Assembly: GCA_011174795.1 (NCBI GenBank)
Contig: DUEY01000007.1
Location: 70 to 64,069, forward strand
Reading direction: 5' to 3'
Length of the DNA: 64,000 bases
Origin: Dehalococcoidia bacterium
Lineage (GTDB): Bacteria; Chloroflexota; Dehalococcoidia; SZUA-161
Position numbers and translations under genes: made by a program. The notes under the pieces are model-generated. The model was not told the origin of the DNA. It worked only from the letters and a program-made list of their open reading frames with translations, and did no database searches. Below, in pieces: positions 17,946 through 27,887 of this stretch. Numbering within the stretch: position 1 is the stretch's first letter; each line of letters begins with the position of its first letter.

Positions 17946-20350
17946 ACCTAGCGATTGACCGTTTGCGGAAGGTTCTGGAATTGGAGCGGGCTAAAGGCTA
18001 CCGCGATCAGGCGGTAATGGGGGGGCTGGACAAGCTGCTGCGCAACCTTGCGCCAGCCGACCCGAAGCTCACCGGCCTGCTTTCTCAGAGCTACGCTGCC
18101 CTAAAGGAAAAGGAGCGGGAGGAATGGGTCGAGAGAGTGCTGAAGCAGCTTGACGGTGCGGAGTCGGAGGCGCACCCTCTGCCTGAGCCTACGCCCGTTC
18201 GCAAACAGACTCCTCCACCAATCCCCCAACCTGACATCGATACCCACCTGAACGCCCGGATTACGTCGATTAAGGGCATAAGCTCGAGCCTCGCCTCTAA
18301 ATTCGGAAAGCTGGGTATTAAGACGGTACGCCAGCTTATTTACTTCTTCCCCCGGCGCCATATCGACTACAGCCAGAGAAAGCCCGTTTCCCAACTCATC
18401 GAGGGCATGGAGCAGACCATCGTAGCTAACGTCTGGGAGGCTGCTGAGAAGGCTACCTCGAAACGGATGAGAACAACAGAAGCCATCGTCGGCGATGAGT
18501 CAGGCAACATAAGAGTCATCTGGTTCAATCAACCCTACCTCGCCAAAAAGCTTACCCCGAATAGCAGAGTGGTGCTCAGCGGCCGGGTAAGCAGATTCCG
18601 AGGCAGGCTACAGTTCGAATCCCCAGAGTGGGAGCTTCTGGAGTCCGAAGACCTGGTGCACACCGGCAGGCTGGTCCCCGTTTATCCGCTAACCGCGGGG
18701 CTTTACCAGCGTACGGTGCGGAGGCTAGTCAAGGGAACTCTCGACCACTGGCTCCCCCGTCTCCCGGATTTCCTTCCCGAAGACGTCAGAGTAAGGACTG
18801 CCTTGCTCCCTCTTTCCGAAGCTATCGGACAGGCGCACTACCCGGACAACGAGCTCGGCAAAGGCCAGGCGAGGAAGCGGCTGGCTTTCGATGAGCTCTT
18901 CCTCATTCAACTCGGCGTTCTTGCCAAGAAGAGGGACTGGCAGGAAGAGGGAACAGGCAACGCCTTCGACATCGATAACGACAGCCTGGCGCCGTTCCTC
19001 GATTCGCTGCCTTACACCCTGACCGGGGCGCAGAGACGCAGCCTTGTCGAGATTCAAGAGGATATGCGCAAGTCGAAACCGATGAGCCGTCTCTTACAGG
19101 GCGAGGTCGGCAGCGGCAAAACGGTGGTCGCCACCGCAGCCATGCTGCTCGCCGCGGCAAACGGTTATCAGGCTGCCTTGATGGCGCCGACCGAGATACT
19201 GGCGGAGCAGCACTTTGAGATTATTTGTGGCTTCCTCAGCAGGGCAAGCGGAGAGCCGGGCGACAGCAAGCCTGTCAGCACGTATAATTCGCTGCTGCAC
19301 AAACCTCTCAGCATCGGTGCCCTCACGGGTGGCCTCAAGGGAAGCGAGAAGCAGAGCCTCCATGAACGCATCTCCACAGGCGAGATCAACATCGTCGTCG
19401 GCACCCACGCCCTGATTCAAAAAGGGGTGGAGTTCCATAAGCTGGGACTCTGTGTTGTGGATGAGCAACATCGCTTCGGTGTGATGCAGCGCTCGGAGTT
19501 GCGCTCGAAGGGAAAAAGCCCTCACGTACTGGTGATGAGCGCCACGCCCATACCCCGCACACTGGCGCTCACGCTCTATGGCGACCTCGACCTCTCGGTC
19601 ATCGATGAACTCCCCCCGGGGAGGACTGAGATCAAGACCAGGTGGATCAGCCCCAGTCAGCGTCACAGCGCCTACGATTTCGTTCGCAGACAGATTGCCA
19701 GCGGCAGGCAGGCATTCATTATCTGCCCCTTAATAGAGGAGTCGGAAGCTATCGAGACCAAGGCAGCGATTACGGAATACGAGCGCCTCTCACTGAACAT
19801 ATTCCCCGAGCTAAGGCTGGGCCTGCTCCATGGACGGCTCTCCAGCACGGAGAAAGAGAAGGTGATGCAGCGTTTTCGCAACGGTGAGCTTGACATAATG
19901 GTATCAACGCCGGTGGTAGAGGTGGGGGTTGACGTCCCCAACGCCACCGTTATGCTTATAGAGGGTGCCGACCGCTTCGGACTGGCACAGCTTCACCAGT
20001 TCCGCGGACGCGTGGGCAGAGGTGAGCACCAGAGCTACTGCCTGCTGCTAGCCGACACGCCATCGGCGGAGGCTAAAGAGCGCCTCTCCCTGCTCCAGAG
20101 AATGCGGGACGGGTTCGCCCTCGCCGAGGAAGACTTGCGGCTCCGCGGCCCGGGCGAGTTCTTCGGCACCCGCCAGAGCGGGCTTCCCGACCTGAAGATG
20201 GCCAAGCTCTCCGATATCGGCCTTCTGGAGCTTTCCCGCAGGGAGGCGATTCAGCTTTTCGTCACCGACCCTTACCTCCAGAAGCCGCAGCACCGTCTCC
20301 TCGCCGGAGAGGTTGCCCGGTTATGGGACAGCGGAGGGGAATCGAGTTAG
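17942..20350 (+). CDS. recG: ATP-dependent DNA helicase RecG
   Basis: Helicase motifs GEVGSGKTVVA and VVDEQHRFG, an OB-wedge region, and a length of about 800 aa. Confidence 0.9.
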   Translation: MNLAIDRLRKVLELERAKGYRDQAVMGGLDKLLRNLAPADPKLTGLLSQSYAALKEKEREEWVERVLKQLDGAESEAHPLPEPTPVRKQTPPPIPQPDIDTHLNARITSIKGISSSLASKFGKLGIKTVRQLIYFFPRRHIDYSQRKPVSQLIEGMEQTIVANVWEAAEKATSKRMRTTEAIVGDESGNIRVIWFNQPYLAKKLTPNSRVVLSGRVSRFRGRLQFESPEWELLESEDLVHTGRLVPVYPLTAGLYQRTVRRLVKGTLDHWLPRLPDFLPEDVRVRTALLPLSEAIGQAHYPDNELGKGQARKRLAFDELFLIQLGVLAKKRDWQEEGTGNAFDIDNDSLAPFLDSLPYTLTGAQRRSLVEIQEDMRKSKPMSRLLQGEVGSGKTVVATAAMLLAAANGYQAALMAPTEILAEQHFEIICGFLSRASGEPGDSKPVSTYNSLLHKPLSIGALTGGLKGSEKQSLHERISTGEINIVVGTHALIQKGVEFHKLGLCVVDEQHRFGVMQRSELRSKGKSPHVLVMSATPIPRTLALTLYGDLDLSVIDELPPGRTEIKTRWISPSQRHSAYDFVRRQIASGRQAFIICPLIEESEAIETKAAITEYERLSLNIFPELRLGLLHGRLSSTEKEKVMQRFRNGELDIMVSTPVVEVGVDVPNATVMLIEGADRFGLAQLHQFRGRVGRGEHQSYCLLLADTPSAEAKERLSLLQRMRDGFALAEEDLRLRGPGEFFGTRQSGLPDLKMAKLSDIGLLELSRREAIQLFVTDPYLQKPQHRLLAGEVARLWDSGGESS

Positions 20351-20352
20351 CC

Positions 20353-22011
20353 ATGCTTAAACACAAACTCGCTACAATACTGGAGCAGGCTGCGAAAGAA
20401 GCTCAGGCCAAAGGGCTGCTGCCGTCCATAGCCCTGCCCGATATCATCCTGGAACACCCCCAGAACCCCGAGCACGGCGACTATGCTTCCAGCCTCCCGC
20501 TCAAGATGGGGCGAGCAGCCCGGTCTGAGCCAATGGGTATCGCCGAGACCTTAGCCACGCTGCTGCCTCACATTGAGGAGGTGGAGAGGGTGTCCGTCGC
20601 AGCACCGGGCTTCATTAACTTCTTCCTCACCGGTACATGGCTCACAGAGCAGGTCGAGGAGATACTAAGAGCCAGCGAATTCTATGGAAACCTCGACCTG
20701 GGGAGGGGCGCCAAGGTCCAGGTTGAATTCGTCAGCGTCAACCCAACGGGTCCCATCCACGTCGGCCACGGACGTGGCGCAGTACTCGGCAGTACAATGG
20801 CAAACGTGCTCAGCGCCGCCGGCTATTCCGTGGAACGTGAATATTATGTCAACGACGCCGGCAACCAGATGGACGCCTTCTACCGCTCCCTCTACTGCCG
20901 CTACATCCAAGCTCTGGGCAAGGAATGTGAGCTGCCCGCAGATGGCTACCGGGGCTCCTATCCCGTAGAGCTTGCCCGCGAGATTATCTCGGAAAAAGGC
21001 GCCGCCTTCCTCGACATGCCTCCCGAAGATGCAACCCGCGAGCTGGGGCGAATCGGCCTGGAGAAGACCATCACCGCCATCAGGTCAGACCTCGAAGCCC
21101 TTGGCGTTACCTTCGATGTGTGGTTTAATGAACACGATCTCTTCTATAACGGTCAATACGAGCGGTCCATGGCTCTATTGCGGGAGGGCGGCCACATCGA
21201 GCAGCGGGAGGGAGCGCAGTGGTTTGTCTCCACCGCCCTCGGCGAGGATAAGGATAACGTCCTCGTGCGCAGCAACGGCGTCCCTACCTACTTCGCCTCG
21301 GATGTTGCCTATCACTACAATAAGTTCCTTGAGCGCAGCTTCGATAAGGTGATCAATATCTGGGGAGCCGACCATCAGGGGCACGTCTCGCGGATGAAGG
21401 CGGTGCTCGGTGCGTTGGGAATCGACCCCGAGAGGCTTAAGATTATCATCTCACAGATGGTAACCCTGCGCCGCGGAGAGGATATCCTCAGAGTCTCGAA
21501 GCGTACCGGGGAGCTCATCACCCTCAGTGAGCTGCTGGAGGAGGTTGGGCCGGATGTCTGTCGCTTCTTCTTCCTCGCACGTTCCGCAGACAGCCAGATG
21601 GACTTCGACCTCGAGCTGGCCAAGCGCGAATCGAACGATAACCCCGTCTACTATGTCCAGTATGCTCACGCCCGTATCGCCAGCATCCTGCGCCTCGCCC
21701 GGGAGAGGAATATCGACTACAGCAACGGCGATGTCTCCCTGCTCACCACCGAGGCGGAACTGGAACTGCTCCGTAAAATGGTGTTGCTACCCGAGCTTGT
21801 TGAGCTTACGGCTATGAACCTGGAACCCCACCACCTGCCCTACTTTGCCCAGGAACTGGCGACCGCTTTCCACAGTTTCTACAAGCAGTGCCGTGTGGTT
21901 ACCGACGACGAAGTATTGACCAAAGCACGGCTCAAGCTGGTCAAATCTGCGCAAATCGTTTTCTCGAGAACGCTCGGCCTCATGGGGATGACAGTGCCCG
22001 AGCGGATGTAG
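20353..22011 (+). CDS. argS: Arginine--tRNA ligase
   Basis: SVNPTGPIHVGHGRG (HIGH-type motif) and a C-terminal DALR anticodon-binding region. Start placed at the ATG right after the recG stop. Confidence 0.9.
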   Translation: MLKHKLATILEQAAKEAQAKGLLPSIALPDIILEHPQNPEHGDYASSLPLKMGRAARSEPMGIAETLATLLPHIEEVERVSVAAPGFINFFLTGTWLTEQVEEILRASEFYGNLDLGRGAKVQVEFVSVNPTGPIHVGHGRGAVLGSTMANVLSAAGYSVEREYYVNDAGNQMDAFYRSLYCRYIQALGKECELPADGYRGSYPVELAREIISEKGAAFLDMPPEDATRELGRIGLEKTITAIRSDLEALGVTFDVWFNEHDLFYNGQYERSMALLREGGHIEQREGAQWFVSTALGEDKDNVLVRSNGVPTYFASDVAYHYNKFLERSFDKVINIWGADHQGHVSRMKAVLGALGIDPERLKIIISQMVTLRRGEDILRVSKRTGELITLSELLEEVGPDVCRFFFLARSADSQMDFDLELAKRESNDNPVYYVQYAHARIASILRLARERNIDYSNGDVSLLTTEAELELLRKMVLLPELVELTAMNLEPHHLPYFAQELATAFHSFYKQCRVVTDDEVLTKARLKLVKSAQIVFSRTLGLMGMTVPERM

Positions 22012-22014
22012 CCC

Positions 22015-22521
22015 CTACAGCCCTTCCTCCCTGTACCTCTCCGCCATCTGTGGATAGAAATCCCGGTGCCCCCTCATCCAGCCCTTCTGCTGCTCGGTGA
22101 CCTGACCCTTTACCTTCGCCGGCACCCCGACGACAAACGAGCCCGGAGGCACCTTCATGCCCTCGGTAACTACCGAGCCTGCGGCGATAATGCAGTCGTC
22201 GCCGATCTCGGAGTTATGCAGGGTGGTAGCGTTCATGCCGATGAGCACGTTGTTCCCCACCTTGCTGCTGTGCACCACAGCGCCGTGTCCTGCTATCACG
22301 TTGTCGCCTATCTCCATGTCCGTACCCGCATGGAGCATGCAGTTATCTTCGATATCGACATACTTCCCAATCTTTATCCTGGCGAAGTCGGCCCTGATAA
22401 CCACGCCGGGCCAGACATTCGAGTGCTCCCCGATCTCGACGTCGCCGACGATGTACGCCGCCTCGCTGATAAAACACGACTCTGCTATCCTGGGTGCCTT
22501 TCCCCCGAAGCTCCTTATCAA
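22015..22521 (-). CDS. Gamma-carbonic-anhydrase-like hexapeptide-repeat protein
   Basis: Left-handed beta-helix repeats and the pattern SFISEAAYIVGDVEIGEHSNVWPGVVIRAD, typical of the gamma-CA/YrdA/PaaY family. Confidence 0.75.
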   Translation of the reverse strand: MIRSFGGKAPRIAESCFISEAAYIVGDVEIGEHSNVWPGVVIRADFARIKIGKYVDIEDNCMLHAGTDMEIGDNVIAGHGAVVHSSKVGNNVLIGMNATTLHNSEIGDDCIIAAGSVVTEGMKVPPGSFVVGVPAKVKGQVTEQQKGWMRGHRDFYPQMAERYREEGL

Positions 22522-22561
22522 CGTAAACCTCCTGGCTCAGACGTAAAATCTGTTCCCTGAC

Positions 22562-23842
22562 CTAACCCCTCTTCGATAGCTTAATAGCCCCGTCCAGGAA
22601 AGTCGAGCGCAGGGGCTCTATCGCCATCGCCGCTTTGAAGGGAGGCGTATTCTCCAGGACGCCGATGATCCGTCCCAGCGCCCGGTGGCTCAGCTTCTCA
22701 GGCTGCTCGAACAGCACATTGGCCAGCTTACCCCGCTCCAGCGCCATCGTAACGATACGGTCGAAGGTGTTCTCTGGCGTCAACACCCTCTGCGGGCGAG
22801 CTTTCATAGTGACGCCTCCATTCTTGCATGCGGAATAGCAGACGCCGCACCCCATACAGAGCGTCTCATCGAGCACAGCCCAGCGCCGCTTCTTTTCGCC
22901 CTCTATTTCCTCAGCAATCTCGATCGCCCCCAGCGGGCACGACTCCGCGCACTTGCCGCATCCCTTGCACCGGGAGAGGTCCACCTCCATAATCCAGTTC
23001 GAGCTGACAATGGCGTTACGTATGTCGAAAGTCTTGATCGCCCGTATCATCTCGCAGCAGCAGCCGCAGCAGTTGCAGATGAAGGTCACATTGCGCTGTA
23101 CGTTGTCGCCCGACTGAGCCAGACCCGCCTCTTTACACTCCTCGAGAACGCGCATCGCCTCTTCGACCGTTATCGATTCCGCCAGGCCGCTTCGGATGAG
23201 CGGCGGCGCTCCCCCGTTGAGAGTCAGGCAGGTCCGCTGCGGCCGGTCGCAGGCTTCTCCCAGAAGGGTCGCCTTATTGCGGCAAGGGCACGTCGAGACC
23301 CCCAGCGCCCATGCCGACTGTATGAGATGGCTCGCCCGCTCCCAGTCCAAGATTTCGATGTGGTCATCCTCCGGCAGGGCCTCCTCGCGCACCAGCGAGC
23401 GTCCGAGCTGCGTTGTACGCTGATAAACCGAGTGTGCAAAGCGGTCGTCCTCTATCATATATTGCTCGAAGAGGCGCGCCAGCTCTCCCGCCGTCGTGTC
23501 GTCACCCGTGCGCATAAAGGAATACTCAAAAAAGCCGATCACCACCGGCGGCAGCGCGAAGTATCGCTGACCCTTGTTCTCGACATCAAGCATCAGACCG
23601 CGTTTCGCCATCCCGGTCAGCTTCTCGCCCAGCTCATCCTCGGGAATGCCCAGCCTCCGTGACAGGACATCCAGGGGGGTGGGTCGGCTGGGGATATGTC
23701 GGACGAACCCCGCCTCATCGGGAGTGAACAGGAGCCTCAGTATTTTAGTGAAAGCAGGCGACTCGGGAGCTCCGGTAATATTTTTATCCAGCCGCCGCTG
23801 CAGCAGGCGGTACTCACGGTCAGCGTTCATCTGGTGTCCCAT
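22562..23842 (-). CDS. 4Fe-4S dicluster domain protein of unknown function
   Basis: Contains CKGCGKCAESCP and CMGCGVCYSACK ferredoxin motifs plus a CNCCGCCC cysteine cluster. Confidence 0.7.
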   Translation of the reverse strand: MGHQMNADREYRLLQRRLDKNITGAPESPAFTKILRLLFTPDEAGFVRHIPSRPTPLDVLSRRLGIPEDELGEKLTGMAKRGLMLDVENKGQRYFALPPVVIGFFEYSFMRTGDDTTAGELARLFEQYMIEDDRFAHSVYQRTTQLGRSLVREEALPEDDHIEILDWERASHLIQSAWALGVSTCPCRNKATLLGEACDRPQRTCLTLNGGAPPLIRSGLAESITVEEAMRVLEECKEAGLAQSGDNVQRNVTFICNCCGCCCEMIRAIKTFDIRNAIVSSNWIMEVDLSRCKGCGKCAESCPLGAIEIAEEIEGEKKRRWAVLDETLCMGCGVCYSACKNGGVTMKARPQRVLTPENTFDRIVTMALERGKLANVLFEQPEKLSHRALGRIIGVLENTPPFKAAMAIEPLRSTFLDGAIKLSKRG

Positions 23843-24002
23843 AATTCGCTCCTTGAATATAAGCTCTCATTAAATTTTCCCATGTATCCCCGCGGTATGC
23901 AACTCCGCCATAGTCACATTAAGATGGGCAGCAGGTATAATTTTTACCTTGTCCCGACACTCGTTTTATGCTAAACTCCACGAGGATAAAAGGGGTGAAT
24001 AG

Positions 24003-24980
24003 TTGAAGAAAGGGCGGGTCTTCTCCGGAGCCAGGCCGACGGGCAGGCAGCATATCGGCAACTACCTGGGTGCTATAGATAATTATGTCAAGTTGCAGGA
24101 GCGCTACGACTGCATCTACTGCATCGTCGACGTCCACGCCCTCACCACCCTGGAGGACACCCATCTTCTCAAAGAGAACACACGCGAGATGATGCTCGAC
24201 TGGCTGGCTGCTGGACTCGACCCCGAGCAGAGCATCCTCTTCGTCCAGTCGCATGTTCCCCAGGTAATGGAGCTCCATACCCTGCTCAGCATGGTAACTC
24301 CCCTCGGCTGGCTCCTCCGCGTCGCCACCTTCAAGGAGAAGGTCAAGTCGCAGCCCCACAACGTCAACTACGGGCTGGTGGGTTACCCTGTACTGATGAC
24401 AGCGGACATCGTGCTCTACAAGGCAGACACCGTCCCGGTGGGCGAGGACCAGTTACCCCACCTCGAGCTGGCACGGGAGATCGTGCGCCGCTTCACCTAC
24501 CTGTTCGGCGAGGTCTTTCCCGAGCCCAAGGCCAAGCTGACCACTTTCCCCATGGTACTCGGGCTCGATGGGGAGAAGAAGATGAGCAAGAGCTACGATA
24601 ACGATATCGAGCTCGCCGCTTCGCCCGAGGTAACAATGCAAAGGGTGAAGACAGCGTTCACCGACCCCGCCCGCAAGTACCGCAACGACCCCGGAAACCC
24701 CGATGTCTGCAACATCTACAGCCTGCACCACTTCTACACGCCCAAACGGCTGGAGGACATCGCAACACAGTGCCGTGGCGCCCAGATCGGATGTGTCGAG
24801 TGCAAGGAACTTCTCGCCGAGGGCATAAACAAAGCCCTTGTTCCCTTCCGCGAGAGACGCGCTGAGATCGCCCGGAGGAAAGGGTACATAGATGAAGTCC
24901 TCGCCGATGGCGCCCGGCGCGCCCACGCTATAGCAAAGGAGACCATCAAAGAGGTCAGAGAGAAGATGGGGCTGCCATGA
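24003..24980 (+). CDS. trpS: Tryptophan--tRNA ligase
   Basis: TTG start. GARPTGRQHIGNYLG (HIGH region) and KMSKS are both present. Confidence 0.9.
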   Translation: MKKGRVFSGARPTGRQHIGNYLGAIDNYVKLQERYDCIYCIVDVHALTTLEDTHLLKENTREMMLDWLAAGLDPEQSILFVQSHVPQVMELHTLLSMVTPLGWLLRVATFKEKVKSQPHNVNYGLVGYPVLMTADIVLYKADTVPVGEDQLPHLELAREIVRRFTYLFGEVFPEPKAKLTTFPMVLGLDGEKKMSKSYDNDIELAASPEVTMQRVKTAFTDPARKYRNDPGNPDVCNIYSLHHFYTPKRLEDIATQCRGAQIGCVECKELLAEGINKALVPFRERRAEIARRKGYIDEVLADGARRAHAIAKETIKEVREKMGLP

Positions 24981-25780
24981 CCGCTTTGCCCCTGTCCACC
25001 AGCGGTAAGGAAGCTCTCGAGGTAGCGACGGCGGCGGCGAGGGAGGCGGGGGAGATACTCAAAGCCCGCTTCCGGGCAGAACGGCATGTACAGTACAAGG
25101 GACGAGCCAATATCGTCACCGACGTCGACCTTCAGGTGGAGAAAAGCCTCCGAGCCTTTATACAAGCAGAATACCCCGACCATAACATAGTCTCCGAGGA
25201 ATCCGAGCCCGTTGTAGGAGCATCGGACTACACCTGGATATTCGACCCCCTCGACGGGACGAACAACTACTCCTTCGGAATACCCTTCTTCGCCACCGTC
25301 ACCGCCCTGACCAGAGGAGAAGACGTCCTGCTGGGCATTGTGTACGACCCGCTGCGCGACGAGATGTTCTGCGCCGTAAAAGGGGAGGGGACAACACTCA
25401 ACGGCAGACCCGTCTCCGTTACCGGAAAAACAGCGGTCCGTAACTCGCTCATCGGCCTCGACCTGGGGTACGTCGATGATAAGGGGAAAAAGCTCCTGGA
25501 GTTTATCAGCAGCCTGTGGCCGAACATATACGCCTTCAGGATCATGGGCTCGGCAGCCCTCGGCATGTCCTATGCCGCCTGCGGGCTGCTTGACCTCTAC
25601 TTTCACGCACTGGTTTATCCCTGGGAGATAGCCGCAGGCAAGCTGCTGGTCACCGAGGCCAGCGGCGTTATTACCGACTGGGAGGGGAGACCGGTGGGGG
25701 TCGAAGAGAGTTCTATCATCGCATCAAACCAGGCCGTCCACGCCGACTTCCTCAGGCTGCTTCAAGCTACAAACCGATAA
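24977..25780 (+). CDS. Inositol-monophosphatase-family phosphatase (SuhB/HisN-like)
   Basis: WIFDPLDGTNNY metal-binding motif. ATGA overlap with the trpS stop. Confidence 0.8.
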   Translation: MTALPLSTSGKEALEVATAAAREAGEILKARFRAERHVQYKGRANIVTDVDLQVEKSLRAFIQAEYPDHNIVSEESEPVVGASDYTWIFDPLDGTNNYSFGIPFFATVTALTRGEDVLLGIVYDPLRDEMFCAVKGEGTTLNGRPVSVTGKTAVRNSLIGLDLGYVDDKGKKLLEFISSLWPNIYAFRIMGSAALGMSYAACGLLDLYFHALVYPWEIAAGKLLVTEASGVITDWEGRPVGVEESSIIASNQAVHADFLRLLQATNR

Positions 25781-25808
25781 ATCTCGACCACTATGCATCT
25801 TTAAAAAT

Positions 25809-25836
25809 CCAGATGTCTGGCTGTCCTGACGTCCAG
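25809..25836. repeat. Degenerate copy of the CCAGATG...TCTGAACGTCC near-palindromic repeat
   Basis: CCAGATGTCTGGCTGTCCTGACGTCCAG shares both ends with the 25-bp repeat at 29537. It is followed by a CCTGACG/CGTCAGG hairpin. Confidence 0.35.
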
Positions 25837-25861
25837 CAGGTGCGACCCGTCAGGTCGCCCT

Positions 25862-26524
25862 GTGTTGCCCGTCTGTGCCCATTGCTATATCATAGGCACC
25901 GTGGACATCGGCGAGCTCATACCCATCATCCTAGCGATCCTGACAGCGGTCGCTCTCCCTATTGCCCTGAGCCTGCGCAAGAAGGGTGGACGCAAGAAGG
26001 CAGAGGAGCTTCATCAGCACCTCCTGGGCATCGGTCTGAAGGTTTCCCCGATAGAAAAGGAAAGCGAGGAGGAAATTGGACTGCCCAAGCATTCCTGGGG
26101 GGATAAGTCCGAGGGCGCTATCTCCGTAGAGGGTAGAAAAATTGACTACATACGTATCATCGGCGTGTCCAGCCAGTACGGGACCAACTACTACATCGAG
26201 TACCTCCTGAAGACCCCCGGCATAGCAGGAAGGGAAGATATGAAGAAGACCAGCATGGTCAAGAAGAAAAGCCCTCCCCTCTGGGGCAAGGCGGTGGACA
26301 TCGAGTGGAAGGGCAACCCTTCCCTGTCGCAGCGGCTCAACTTCGACTACCAGCTTAAGTACAGGCTGCTCAACGCTTACCCCAAACCGCTCAAGGGAGG
26401 CATCTCTATTCACCCCGAGCCCAGGTACGGCTACACCAGGATAAGGACCAGTTACCAGCTTCCATCTCCCGACCTGTTCGAGGCGATGGATACTATCGCG
26501 AAGCACGTCAAGGTGGGTGTCTAG
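25862..26524 (+). CDS. Hypothetical membrane-anchored protein
   Basis: One N-terminal TM helix (LIPIILAILTAVALPIALSL) followed by a Lys-rich soluble region. No recognisable family, and the start codon is uncertain. Confidence 0.45.
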   Translation: MLPVCAHCYIIGTVDIGELIPIILAILTAVALPIALSLRKKGGRKKAEELHQHLLGIGLKVSPIEKESEEEIGLPKHSWGDKSEGAISVEGRKIDYIRIIGVSSQYGTNYYIEYLLKTPGIAGREDMKKTSMVKKKSPPLWGKAVDIEWKGNPSLSQRLNFDYQLKYRLLNAYPKPLKGGISIHPEPRYGYTRIRTSYQLPSPDLFEAMDTIAKHVKVGV

Positions 26525-26549
26525 CACAGCGAATACAGGGGGGTATACC

Positions 26550-27254
26550 ATGAGCACATACGTACTTATCCATGGAGGCTTGGGCGGGGCATGGTGCTGG
26601 GACAAGGTCGTTCCGCTCCTCGAGGAGAGAGGACACCGGGTGGTGGCACCCGACCTGCCGGGTCACGGGCGGGATACCACTCCCGTATCCGAAGTCACCA
26701 TGGAGGCCTATGTCAATTGTGTCTGCAATGTACTGGACGCCCAGCCCGAGCCGGTAATTCTCGTGGGTCACAGTATGGGGGGCGCTATCATAACCCAGGC
26801 AGCCGAATACCGTCCGGACAGGATAAAGACCCTGGTTTATCTCGCCGCCTTCCTGCCGCAAAACGGCGAGTTCACGGGCGGTATAGACGATACAGAGTCG
26901 CTGCTCCGTCCCAACGTTGTCATGTCCGATGACGGGAGCTATATCACGTTCAGAGACGAGATCCTCAAGGAAGCCTGCTACGCAGATTGCTCCGACGAGG
27001 ACGTGGCGCGGGCAAAATCGCTGATGTGCCCCCAGGCAACACTGCCCAATATTACGCCTGTGGTTACCACGGAGGCCAACTTCGGCCGGGTACCGCGTGT
27101 CTACATAACAACCCTCCGCGACCGTGCCCTCTCGCCCTACGTGCAGAAGCAGATGTACACCGCCCTGCCGTGCAGGGTCATCTCCATGGATACCAGCCAC
27201 TCGCCGATGTTCTCAACCCCCGGGGAGCTGGTGGACATTCTGGTCTCGCTGTAG
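26550..27254 (+). CDS. Alpha/beta-fold hydrolase (esterase; SABP2/methylesterase-like)
   Basis: VLIHGGLGGAWCW and the nucleophile elbow GHSMGG. Start placed at the Met preceded by AGGGGGG. Confidence 0.75.
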   Translation: MSTYVLIHGGLGGAWCWDKVVPLLEERGHRVVAPDLPGHGRDTTPVSEVTMEAYVNCVCNVLDAQPEPVILVGHSMGGAIITQAAEYRPDRIKTLVYLAAFLPQNGEFTGGIDDTESLLRPNVVMSDDGSYITFRDEILKEACYADCSDEDVARAKSLMCPQATLPNITPVVTTEANFGRVPRVYITTLRDRALSPYVQKQMYTALPCRVISMDTSHSPMFSTPGELVDILVSL

Positions 27255-27280
27255 TACCCACCCCGAGAAAGGAGCCTGAG

Positions 27281-27712
27281 ATGCTGAGCTGGGAGAAGAA
27301 GCTGGCGGCGATAGATACCACCCAGGAGCTGTTCACCAGTTGTTTCGCCTGCGGCAGGGACAACCCCGTCGGGCTCAAGCTCGACTTCAAAAAGGAAGGC
27401 AACGAGGCCAGAAGCGAGTTCACCATCAGCGAGCTCTACGAGGGCTGGTACGGGTTCATCCACGGCGGTATCATATGCACCATCCTCGACGAGGCTATGG
27501 CGTACACCTACTTCCCCGAGACAAAGGGCGTCACTGCGAAGGCGGAGTTCAGGTTCAGGCAGCCAGCGCCCGTCGGTGTACCGATGGTGGTCACCGCCAG
27601 GCTGGTGAAAAAGACGAGGAAGCTCCTCACCGCAGAAGCCACGCTTACCCTCGATGACGGCACTATTATCGCCGAAAGCACCTCCCAGGCATACATCGTC
27701 AACCCTAAGTAG
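27281..27712 (+). CDS. PaaI/hotdog-fold thioesterase
   Basis: CFACGRDNPVGLKL...HGGIICTILDEAM pattern. RBS AAAGGAG upstream of the ATG at 27281. The longer ORF from 26987 overlaps the hydrolase gene out of frame. Confidence 0.75.
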   Translation: MLSWEKKLAAIDTTQELFTSCFACGRDNPVGLKLDFKKEGNEARSEFTISELYEGWYGFIHGGIICTILDEAMAYTYFPETKGVTAKAEFRFRQPAPVGVPMVVTARLVKKTRKLLTAEATLTLDDGTIIAESTSQAYIVNPK

Positions 27713-27736
27713 GGGTGATCCGCGAAGCGCCCCTGC
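27709..27736. repeat. REP-like palindrome overlapping the thioesterase stop codon
   Basis: GTAGGGGTGATCCGCGAAGCGCCCCTGC, a member of the GTAGGGGCGC family. Confidence 0.55.
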
Positions 27737-27745
27737 TGCAACCGT

Positions 27746-27770
27746 CCAGATGTTCAGATGTCTGAATGTC
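27746..27770. repeat. 25-bp near-palindromic repeat, upstream copy
   Basis: CCAGATGTTCAGATGTCTGAATGTC is identical at 24 of 25 positions to 29537..29561. It contains the inverted repeat TTCAGA-TG-TCTGAA. Confidence 0.8.
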
Positions 27771-27887
27771 TTGCTGCACAGAAGTACCTCAGTGATACCA
27801 CCGGGCAAAAGACCGCCTGCCAGCTTTGTGGTATCATATAACGCAGTGCGATTCGCGGATGCCCCTATCTCGAACTACTAGATACAT

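Noticed and set aside
22685-23662. A 325-aa plus-strand ORF antisense to the 4Fe-4S protein gene.
   Set aside because: Same reasoning. The ferredoxin Cys motifs are on the minus-strand frame, and the plus frame is low-complexity.
23843-24002. Possible T-box leader upstream of trpS.
   Set aside because: The intergenic region is only about 160 nt. It lacks the conserved T-box sequence and the specifier-loop features I know.
24734-27200. Three long minus-strand ORFs (24734..25606, 25931..26605, 26508..27200) opposite trpS, the IMPase gene, the hypothetical gene and the hydrolase gene.
   Set aside because: They are antisense to genes with clear family motifs. They show no motifs of their own and have a typical GC-rich shadow-ORF composition.
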